Assembly (NCBI RefSeq): GCF_032444005.1
Contig: NC_091288.1
Coordinates: 16,058,001 to 16,122,000, forward strand
Source of the DNA: Ranitomeya imitator
Taxonomy: Eukaryota
Direction of reading: 5' to 3'
DNA length: 64,000 bases
Made by a program: the position numbers and the translations under genes. The notes under the pieces are model-generated. The model saw only the letters and a program-made list of their open reading frames with translations, ran no database searches and was not told where the DNA came from. Positions 35,004-47,000 of the stretch are shown here, in pieces. Within the stretch, counting starts at the first letter, position 1; each line of letters opens with the position of its first letter.

Positions 35004-38000
35004 ATGGCGGTCCTGGACACACCCTACCAGAGGCTGGAGGCCTCCTACACGGACTCGCCTCTGGGGGAGGACGACCTCCTGGTGCATGTACCAGAGGGAA
35101 GTAAATGTGAGTAGTCCAGTGTCATAGACTGCACCATCCATCTGTTTATAATAGTTTCTAGTAACTTCTCAAATGTGGTGACATTTTATCTATGAGGACT
35201 GTGATTCCTCATTGTCACTGTGCAACATAACCCATGAACGCCTTACATTACATGTCTTGGTTTACGTGCACCATTTTATAAACTTAAGACCTCTTCCTAT
35301 AATGCCTGTATTATATCACAGGAGACTCACAAGAAATGGCTATTGGCCATCACTAAGCCGGCTTAATGTCATCTTACAATAGTAAGGTGACATTAACCCC
35401 TCATTACCCCGCTTGCCACCGCTACAGGGCAAGTGGGAAGAGCCGGGCAAAGCGCCAGAAATAGCGCATCTAATAGATGCGCCTTTTTGGGGCAGCTGCG
35501 GGCTGCTATTTTAGGCTCGGGGGGGGGGGGGGGGGGCCTATATCAATGGCCCCTTACCAGCCCCCAGCTGTGAGCTTTAGCAAGGCTGGTTGTCAAAAAT
35601 GGGGGGGACTCCACGCCGTTTTTTAAAACTATGTAAATAATTTAAAACCTAGTTATCCTTGATAACTAGCCTTGCTGACAGGTGGGGGTTGCAGCCCCCA
35701 ACTGTGAGTTTTGTCTGGCTAGTTAAAAAAAAAAAAGGCGTGGGTTCCCCCTTAATTTTGATATTTATTTATAGCGCAAGAGGGCAGATGAATACTCCCA
35801 TCCGCTGCTTCTGCTCTCACTGTAATTAGCATTAGCAGGTGTCAGATGATGGGAGCAGTAGTCCCATCGGCTGACACCAGTGATCGGAGGTGAATTTTAC
35901 ACCTCCGATCACAGCTGAGTTCTCCCGCTGTCTTCTGACAGCGTGGGAGCCGCGGAGCTCTCACCGGCTGGGATAATTTCATGCATATGACAGCGTGTCA
36001 AACACTGTAATGTCGGATCCTCCATTCAAATGAATGGGGATCGGGTCCACTCTGCTGGACGCATCATGCAGCCTGCCATCTAGATGTAGCAGAGCCAAGT
36101 ATAACGTCACATCCGGCCGTCCTTGACTTTTCTGCAGCAAATACGCTGCAAGAAAAGTCAACCTGCGTTTTTGCATCGTTTTTTTTCACCATCCATTCAA
36201 GTCAATGGGTGGAATACTCTGGAAAAAAAAGGCTGGAAAAAAGCTGAAAGAAGTGACATGCTCTATGTCCAAAAAACGCAGTAAAGCACAAAATGCTGAT
36301 CACACAAAAAACCAATGTGTGCATGTGATTTCTGAAATCTCATAGGCTTTGCTGGTACTGCAAAAAACGCCCTGTGTGAACTTACCCTAAAGTTTACCTC
36401 TGGTCACTGGTGTCAGCTGATGAGACTACTGTTCCCATCAGCCGACGCCTGCTGCCATGCTGTAAATAAAAAAACAAAGGCGTGGGTTCCCCTGTATTTT
36501 TGATAACCAGCCAGGCAAAACTCACAGCTACATCTGGGGCTGGTATTCTCAGGCTGGTAAGGGGCCATGGATATTGCCCCTACCGAGCCTTAAAATGGCA
36601 GCCCACAGCTGCCCCAAAAATTCTGATGCTTTGCCCGGCTCTTCCCACTTGCCCTGTAGTGGTGGCAATTGGGGTTCATATTTGTGGTGTTGATGTCACC
36701 TGACAATACAAAAGGTGACAATCAGAAGCAGTATTTGCTGTGCTGTCATGCACATGACAGCGCGACAAACACCCGGTGTTCAGCGGGCCGCACCCGAACA
36801 GTAATATGGACTTCCTAGCGAAGTCTGTGTCCGTTCCTGAACAGAAGGTTCTGCATAGTCATCTGATTTGGTATAACTACTTGCCCCTGTCCAGTATGTT
36901 TGATGTGTCTGACAACACGAGGGTCTATAATTGATTAATTTTGGCCCCAGGATGACTTGGTAATTCCCATGTTATACCGTATGACCCGTGTCTTATCTTC
37001 TTCTCTTTTCAGCTCCGTGGAATCACATTGAGAACCTGGATCTCTTCTTCTCTAGAGTATCCTTTCCGTGCAGCTATTCACAATGTGACTTTTTTATACA
37101 CTTTGTGTCAGTTCCTCCAATTGCTCCAGCAAGCTGAGAACTTCTTGCATTTGGAGGCTGAACTCTTCTCCTTCTCCGGTTTGTTACAGTGTATCAGCCC
37201 AGAGTCGGGAATGGACTTGTGCTGCTTCAGTGTTTTGGTGACAGAGGACAAGCCTAGATGAAGACATTCTGGCTTAGTCTTACTGTTAAGTTGCAGCTGC
37301 AATGTGTTACAATGTGTCAGCACCGTTTGTGTTCCTTATCGCTGACACTTCAGGTATACAACCTGCATCAGAAGAATGGATTCACTTGCATGTTGATCGG
37401 GGAGATCTTCGAGTTATTGTGAGTTCATTTAACTCATACTTGCCTGTAAAAATGGGCTGAAGCCTTCCATAAAGTGGAGGGTTGTTGGGAAAACTGATGT
37501 CTCATGTTTCTCGGCAGTTTTATGCATTTTCTATTTTTGCAGATTTATTAGATTTTGCTCTCTGGCCTCTTATAACCCCCATTCCCAATTGACTTGCAGG
37601 CAGTTCATCTTCGTTGTCAGTTTCACCACCTTCCTGGTGAGCTGTGTGGATTATGACATCCTTTTTGCAAACAAGATGGTGAATCACAGTCAGAGTGAAA
37701 ACAACAAGGTGACCTTGCCAGATGCCTTCCTGCCCCCTGGAGTCTGCAGGGACCGGTCAGTATATTATTCCTACCACTCCCCATGGTCTATTAGTAATCG
37801 TCCACAAAGTTTGTTAGAAAGATTTGGAACTTTTAATATCACAATCATCTTTTGTCTATTGGGTCTAAAAATCCTAAGGTGCAGGATGCCCCCCGCAATT
37901 CACAAATCTGCTTATTTGTTATATTTTCCAGCATTGAAGGGAACTGGTTCCTCGTAGTTCTTCTGGTCATCGCTGGCGTCTTCTGGATCCACAGACTCAT

Positions 38001-41000
38001 TAAGTTTATTTACAATGTCTGCTGCTACTGGGAGATCTACAACTTCTACATTCAAGCTCTGCGTATCCCTATGGTGCGTACCAGGCACCAGTAATGAACG
38101 AGAATGTGCTGATGCTCTGCTGCCAAGTCACAGCCAAGATGGGAATAGCATCCAATCCTTGCTTTTTTAGCATCCTTCTTTTGGTTACGTTCTCATGAAC
38201 GTACAGTACAGACCAAAAGGTTGGACACACCTTCTCATTTAAATATTTTTCTGTATTTTAATGACCATGAAAATTGTAAATTCACACTGGAGGCATCAAA
38301 ACTATGAATTAACACATGTGGAATTATATACTTAACAAAAAAGTGTGAAACAGCTGAAATTATGTCTTATATTCTAGGTTCTTCAAAGTAGCCATCTTTT
38401 GCTTTCACAGCAGAAAAAAACACATGTTCCAGCTTTTTAGAAATAAAATAGCAGATTTATTGAAAAATTCTTAAATTCTTAAAAAGCTTGGATAAAGACT
38501 GCGGTTGCAGTCGAAACGCGTCGCTTTCCTCCCGGATCTATTGTGAGATCCGTGGAGTATGCGCTTTTTAAGAATTTTTCAATAAATCTGCTATTTTATT
38601 TCTAAAAAGCTGGAACATGTGTTTTTTTTTTTCTGCTGTGAATCCATTGCCTTTCAAGACGGAGTTCCGTGCTTCCAACAACCAGTGAGCTGGCTTGTCC
38701 ACTTTTTTCATCTTTTGCTTTGATGACTTCTTTGCACACTCTTGGCATTCTCTTCATGAGCTTCAAGAGGTAGTCACCGGGAATGGTCTTCCAACAATCT
38801 TGAAGGAGTTCCCAGAGATGCTTAGCACTTGTTGGCCCTTTTGCCTTCACTCTGCGGTCCAGCTCACCCCAAACCATCTCGATTGCTATTCCATCCGGTT
38901 TGCGTTTAGTTGGACCGTCATTTCTTTTTCAACAGGACAATGACCCCAAACACACCTCCAGGCTATGTAAGGGATATTTGACTAAGAAGGAGAGTGATGG
39001 GGGGCTACGCCAGATGACCTGGCCTCCACAGTCACCAGACCTGAACCCAATCAAGATGGTTTGGGGTGAGCTGGACCGCAGAGTGAAGGCAAAAGGGCCA
39101 ACAAGTGCTAAGCATCTCTGGGAACTCATTCAAGATTGTTGGAAGACCATTTCCGGTGACTACCTCTTGAAGCTCATCAAGAGAATGCCAAGAGTGTGCA
39201 AAGCAGTCATCAAAGCAAAAGATGGCTACTTTGAAGAACCTAGAATATAAGACATAATTTCAGTAGTTTCACACTTTTTTGTTAAGTATATAATTCCACA
39301 TGTGTTAATTCATAGTTTGGATGCCTTCAGTGTGAATGTACAATTTTCATAGTCCTGAAAATACAGAAAAATCTTTAAATGAGAAGGTGTGTCCAAACTT
39401 TTGGTCTGTACTGTATCTTTGGTCTGTATGCTGCCAGTGTTAGCACTTTGTGGCAGTACACATGGACCATGTGGGAAAATATTGCAGCATGTGCCAGTCT
39501 GGTCTAATTTTTGTTCTACACTGTGTGCAGAATTATTAGGCAAGTTGTATTTTTGAGGATTATTTTTATTATTGATCAACAACTATGTTCTCAATCAACC
39601 CCAAAGACTCGTAAATATCAAAGATTAATATTTTTGGAAGTTGGAGTGGTTTTTTTTTTTTAGATTTGGCTATCTTAGGAGGATATGTGTTTGTGCAGGT
39701 AACTATTACTGTGCAGAATTATTAGGCAACTTTAATAAAAACCAAATGTATTCCCATCTCACTTGTTTATTTTCACCAGGTAAACCAATATAACTGCACA
39801 AAGTTTAGAAATAAACATTTCTGACATGCAAAAACAAAACCCCCAAAATGAGTGACCAATCTAGCCCCCTTTCTTTATGCTGACACTCAGCAGCCCCCAT
39901 CCATAGATTCGGTCAGTTGCTTGATCTGTTTACGACCAACATTGGTGCAGCGGCCACCACAGCCTCCAGACACTGCTCCGAGAGGTGGACTGTGCTCCCT
40001 CCCTGTAGATCTCACATTTTATGAGGGACCACAGGTTCTCTATGGGGTTCAGATCAGGTGAACAAGGGGGCCATGTCATTATTTGTTCTTCTTTGAGACC
40101 TTTACTGGCCGGCCACACTGTGGAGTAGTTGGAGGCATGTGATGGAACATTGTCCTGCATGAAAATCATGTTTTTCTTGAACGATACCGACTTCTTCCTG
40201 TACCACTGCTTGAAGAAGTCTTCCAGAAACTGGCAGTAGGTCTGGGAGTTGAGCTTCACTCCATCCTCAACCCGAAAAGGTCCCACAAGTTCATCTTTGA
40301 TGATACCAGCCCATACCAGTCCCCCACCTCCACCTTGCTGGGTCTCAGTCGGAGTGGAGCTCTCTGCCCTTTACTGATCCGGCCTCTGGCCCATCCATCT
40401 GGCCCATCAAGAGTCACTCATCTCATCAGTCCATAAAACCTTTGAACAGTCAGTCTTACGATATTTCTTGGCCCAGTCTTGACGTTTTATCTTATGTTTC
40501 TTGTTCAGAGGTGGTCGTTTTTCAGCTTTCCTTACCTTACCTTGGCCATGTCCCTGAGTATCGCACACCTTGTGCTTTTTGTTACTCCAGTAACGTTGCA
40601 GCTCTGAAATATGGCACAACTGGTGGCAAATGGCATCTTGGCAGCTTCACGATTGATTTTCCTCAATTCATGGGCAGTTATTTTGCGCCTTTTTTGCCCA
40701 ACACGCTTCTTGCGGCCTTGTTGGCTATTTGCCATGAAACGCTTGATTGTTCGGTGATCGCGCTTCAAAAGTTTGGCAATTTCACCACTGCTGCCTCCCT
40801 CGGCAAGACATCTCACAATTGTGGACTTTTCAGAGCGTCAAATCTCTCTTCTGACCCATTTTGCTAAAGGAAAGGAAGTTGCCAGATAATTACGCACACC
40901 TTATATAGGGTTCTGATGTCATTAGACAACGACCCTCCTCATTACAGAGATGCACATCACCTGATTTGGTTAATTGGTAGTTGGCTCTCAGCCTGAACAG

Positions 41001-44000
41001 CTTGGAGTAAGACAACATGTATAAAAAGTATCATGTGGTCAAAATACAACTTGCCTAATAATTCTGCACACACTGTAGTCTAGTGCTTTTAACTTGCCAT
41101 TTTTTCAGACCATAAGAAGCACCCAGGTTTTAGAGGAGGAAAATAGGAAAAAAAATGTAATACTGATTTAATGGATAGCTGGAGAAGTTTTGGCGCAATG
41201 CCCTTTTCGTGCATCGGTGCGGGATTGTGGGTAGGGTCTTTCTCTGCCGTGGCCCCTCAGCTGTTGTATGAACCTCCCTTTTAAAAAAAAATTTGCATTA
41301 GTGCCTCCCATGTATCGGCAGCACTTGTACACATTCACGTCCCGACATCCTCCATATAAATGGTGCCAGAGGCGGAGCATGTGCAGATTGGGGTCTATGT
41401 TAAGTCGAGATCCAGATCTGTGCGTGCAGTTGCACCATTTTGCTGGAGAACGTTGCTCGCAGCCCAGGGCCCACAGCATATCCTCACTCCTGCTGCTGCT
41501 GGCTTCCTGCGGCGGCAACCCGCACACAGAGACAGGTGAGCTACATTCAGACTAAAACACATCTCTATTTTCCTCCCAAATTTGGATCGAAAATGGTGCA
41601 TCTTGGTCTGAAAAAGACAGTAATTGATGTCTACATGAGTGTAATAACCAGACACTCATTTATCAAGTTATTTACTGCTAAACTTGCAAAAATATAATTT
41701 ATTTGCAACATTTGTAGGCAGATCTCCCTTATTACACCTGGGAAGAAATCCAGAGCCGAATCGTCCAGATCCAGAAGGAACATCAGATTTGCATCCACAA
41801 GAAGGAGTTGTCAGAACTGGATGTGTCCCATCGAATCCTGCGCTTCAAGAATTACATGGTCGCCATGGTCAATAAGAACCTCCTGCCCCTTCAGCATCGG
41901 CTCCCTCTGCTGGGCGATACAGTCTTCTACACTCGCGGACTGAAATACAACTTTCAGCTCATTTTCTTTTGGGGTCCTGGCTGCCTCTTCCAGAACGAGT
42001 GGAATTTAAAGCCCGAGTACAAGAGAGCAGGAGCGCGTCTGGAGCTGGCGGAGAAGCTGTCTCAGCGCATTCTCTGGATAGGGCTTGCCAACCTGGTTCT
42101 TTGCCCACTTGTTCTTGTCTGGCAGATTCTCTATGCCTTCTTCAGCTACACAGAGGTCCTGCGCAGAGAGCCTGGGAGTCTTGGAGCCCGATGCTGGTCC
42201 CTGTATGGTCGCTGCTATCTCCGCCACTTCAATGAGCTGGATCATCAGCTGCAGGCGAGGCTGAGCCGAGCGTACAAACCGGCCTGCAAGTACATGAACT
42301 GCTTCCTCTCCCCGCTCCTGGCTGTGGCTGCCAAACACTTAGGATTCTTGGCGGGATCCATCTTGGCAGTACTGATAGCGCTCACGGTCTACGATGAGGA
42401 CGTGCTGGCGGTGGAGCACGTGCTGAGCACTGTTACGCTCTTGGGAGTAGTGGTAACAGTCAGCAGGTCAGTACTAACATCATAGACGACCATTTAATTA
42501 AAGTGGTTGTCCAAGATTTAAAAAACGGCAGCTTTCTTCTTAACGGCACCACTCTTGCCCAGCGGTTCTGTCTGGTATTGCGGCTCCACTAATGTTACCA
42601 TACACAACCTGGTTTTTTTTTTTGTTTTTTTTTTAATTGCGGCAATAAATTGAAAATATAACAAATGGAAGCAAATTTGCAAAGGCATTCTGCACCCACA
42701 GCTCCCCTGCAGCACTATGCATTGTCATGATTGTGCATACTCAGAGTGTGGTCTGATCCTACAGTCTTGTGTTGCTCCATTCCCTCTGTCTCCGTTCTTT
42801 TTCTTAAACAGTAGAAGAGGAAGAGAGCAACGCATTGCGGACAGAGAGGATCACTAAGTGTCACATAGGTCTTCAGAAGAGCTGTATTCACAAAAATGGT
42901 AGATTTGTGCAAAGGGTTTGTATAAATTGGAGTGTACATGGTTGCAAAAGTATGCACTCCCTTTCCATACTTCTGTACGTAATTAATATCGATTTGTTAA
43001 AATCATTTATTCTTTATTTTAGAAAGCAATGCATCATTCTCTACAGATGCATGGCAAAAGTGCAAGTTGTAAATGATTAGTGATGAGCGAATATACTTGT
43101 TACTCAAGATTTCTCAAGCACGCTCGGAGGTCCTCCGAGTATTTTTTAGTGCTCGGAGATTTAGTTTTTCTTGCCGCAGCTGAATGATTTACATCTGTTA
43201 GCCAGCATAAGTACATGTGGGGGTTGCCTGGTTGCTAGGGAATCCCCACATGTAATCAAGCTGGCTAACAGATGCAAATCATTCAGCTGCTGCAAGGAAA
43301 ACTAAATCTCCGAGCACTAAAAAATACTCGGAGGACCCCTGAGCGTGCTCGAGAAATCTCAAGTAACAAGTATATTCACTCTTCACTTTAATGTATCCTC
43401 ACAGTTGCTATCTCTGTTTCTCAGGTCGTTCATTCCTGATCAGCACTTGGTTTTCTGTCCAGAACAGCTTCTAAAAGTTATTCTGGCTCATATTCATTAC
43501 ATGCCCGACCACTGGCAGCGCAGCGCTCACCGGGCCGAAACTCGCGGAGAGTTTGCACAACTTTTTCAGTACAAAGCGGTGAGTGTTACATAGGTAGATT
43601 TTCACCAACACAGCTCTGCATGAGTGTCCTATATACATGTATATTTATATTATGATCGCGCAGGTGGTCTGGGGTCATATATTAGACTCCAAGGGTTAAT
43701 GAATATTGCACATACGGTAATTACTTATACTCCATTCAGATCTAGTGAACGCCAATTCTTCCATAACTTCTTATGTGCAGGTCTTTATTCTGGAGGAGCT
43801 CCTGAGTCCACTGCTGACTCCTCTCGTGCTGATATTTCGACTGCGTCCAAAGTCCTTGGAAATCATCGACTTTTTCCGAAACTTCACAGTCGAAGTCGTG
43901 GGAGTCGGGGACACCTGTTCTTTTGCACAAATGGATGTCCGTCAGCACGGCAATCCTGCAGTAAGTACACAGATGGATGTCTTCTTGCAAGTCAATGGCT

Positions 44001-47000
44001 AATGTACAGAAATGACTGCTAGAGCTGAGCAAAAAGACTTGTCCAGCATGCACATTGGTAGTCTGTGGCCGTCGAACCAGAGCCCTGAATCTCTTCTCCT
44101 ACCTGATGGATTCCCCGACGCTTCTTCTGATTAGTAAGTCCATGACAAGTGCAGCACAATGATGGCATGCTCTGGGCCTGCTGATCAGAAGAGGGGATGC
44201 TGGCAGGAAGGAAGAGGTTTGCAGGGCAACTTGCACTTGGAAAATTACCATTAATCCTGATGTAGAGGTCTGTGCAGGTGCTGCATACACAAAACGGTAC
44301 AAGAGTTTTAATCGGGACTAAAAGCAAAGTTGTTTCATATTTTGTGAAAAATATAGTGACAATTTTCCGATCTACTTAATATAAATGAAAATTTGGTTGG
44401 GAAAATAGATCGAAAATTGTAGCAAAAATGCACAGCAGAAGCAACGCATGAAATTGGCCTCGGTCTGTCGCTTAAGCACTTGTACCTAACCCCAGGGTGT
44501 GTCCTGTGTTACAGTGGATGTCTGCCGGCAAGACCGAGGCTTCAGTTTACCAGCAGGCGGAGGATGGGAAGACCGAGCTGTCCCTCATGCACTTCGCCAT
44601 CACCAATCCTCGCTGGCAGCCTCCGCGGGAATGTTCCGCATTCCTGACACACCTGCGAGAACGAGTCCAGAAAGACAGCGGAGGAGCGACACCAAAAAAC
44701 CCCCCCGGACTTGGATACCCCCTGCACGGCTCCGGGCTGTCTCTGCAGTCTGAGTCTGAGGTGCTTATGGGTGCAGTGAGCCCATTTTTTATTTATGGGC
44801 AAATGCCATTATTTGGAGCTGAGTGAATCCTATGTCACTGAATCCGCTGCTCTTCTGTTCTGTGTTGCAGCCCCATAGTCTGAAGGCGAACATGTTCCAC
44901 GGGATGTCCCCGGCAGGGATGCCTCCACACACGGATGTCCTCTGCTCTCCACACGTCTCTGCTGTGTCAGAGGTGGCGTCAGCTTTGCTTTCCCTGTCAC
45001 CGCAGCAGTCCTGTCACATGGCTCAAAACCAGAGCGGGTGAGCAAACGGTACAGAAGTCCCAGGCCTGTGACTCTGGGTTATAATGGCCCCATGAGTGCA
45101 CGATTTCCCTGTGTTAGACCCATCTATGCACTTGTGGCTTCTTGTAGACCCATCTATGCAAAAATTGGCCCTAATCCTAAATTCGGTAAATAATGGACTC
45201 CTTTATGGCTGAATCATCTGATCGTAAAGTTTTGTGTGTTCCAATCTTATGTCCTTGTAGCCTTGATCTTAGGAATGGCAGCTTCGGAAGCAGTTTATGG
45301 GAGGGTCCTATGACCAGCGGGCCCCTGTCTGAATACGCCTCAATGGAGATGAGTCTGCACGCGCTGTACATGCACGAAGTAAGTGGTTTTATAATGCTTA
45401 TTACTACAGTATTGCAATATTAGTGTTACAACCATATTTCCACAACTGCAGTACTACTAGAAGACTATTATTACTCAAGCACAACTTGCTACTACTGCAC
45501 TTACAATACTACTGTTTCTACACTACTACTATTTTCATATTTACCGTTGTTACTGTTGCACTGCTACGATTAATCTGTTCTATCTGCACTTCTGAGTGTA
45601 CTACTATGATTACATTACTACTCTACTATTCTACTGTACCAGGGCCGTACTGGACTGGCCATCTGCCAATTCTGGCATTTTCCAATGTGCCGCTCACTCT
45701 GGTGTCTCGCCTCTTGTGTTACATTTGCAGCGAAGGACTAGAAGAGTTAAGCAGGTTTTGATGAAAGTAATGTTAATAGAGCTGAGTTTGCAATAATGCT
45801 CATTCATTGGATAAATATAATCTTACAGCACCGCTCCAGCATATAAATTTTTTTTTCCCCACGAACCTAAACGGGTGAGTGTCATCCGATTTTCAGAGGC
45901 AAATCGTCCATATGCACAGCCCCATAGAGTAATATGGAATGAGTGCTATAGCACTCGTCCGATTCTTATATGATCGTCTCCAATAGTACGAGGCTCTTAT
46001 AGACGTGCATTGGGCACTTGTGACCGATACCTCTGGCTTTCATTCAGACGTTGCGGTCACAAGATGGCGCTGCTATCAGAGCGGCATCGGAAAAGCTGAT
46101 GGCAGCGGCTAAGTAGAATACTAAAAAGAAACAGCCTCGCCATCACCAGATCAGGTTACTAATGCACTAGCAGCATGCAGTAGACCCCCATGATAACGGC
46201 GGGGCAGCACAGGTGCAAAATACTGATGAAGCAAACACTCGCACCCCTACCATTCATGAACGAGGTGGCTGCCTGGTATTATAATTGCACACAGATGAGG
46301 CTTGCATAGGGCGCCATTCACACAGGTACGTGTGATGCATCGTGTCTAAAGTCTACTGATGACACCCATAGTATTAGAACAGGCTTACTACCCAGCACTA
46401 TATAAGTGCACCCCACGAGGACAGACACCCCAGTTGTCACACTCACTCCCTGACTAGTGGGCATGAGCCAGGCGGGTCGTGGACCCACTGTGCCACAAAC
46501 CAGACTACCCTGGTCGGGGTGTGACTAGGACAGCTGCCTTGGTCTTCTCTGGAGCCTCTGATGGTGAGGTCAGGCTTATGCGGCAGGCTGCTGCCAGGTG
46601 CCACTCCAGGGTGGTGTCTGGCTGCTGATCCCACTTGGGAGACAGGAACACAAGGATAGGTGCGGGCGACAGGCAGGACTGGCAAATGAGCACGGCTGAA
46701 ACTCCGACGAGTAGGCAGGCAGGTACGGCCGAGGCACAGGGCAGGCAGGCACGGCCGAGACACAGGGCAGGCAGGCACGGCCGAGACACAGGGCAGGCTG
46801 GTGTGTAGAGACCTGTTCACACAGCGGATGCTAGTACTGGAACAGACAGGAGTGAGTGAAGTATGAAGGGACAGGTTGGGACTAGTGATGAGCGAGTATA
46901 CTCGTTGCTCGGGTTTTCCAGAGCACGCTCGGGTGATCTCCGAGTATTTGTTAGTGTTCGGAGATTTAGTTTTCATCGCGGCAGCAGAATGATTTGCTGC

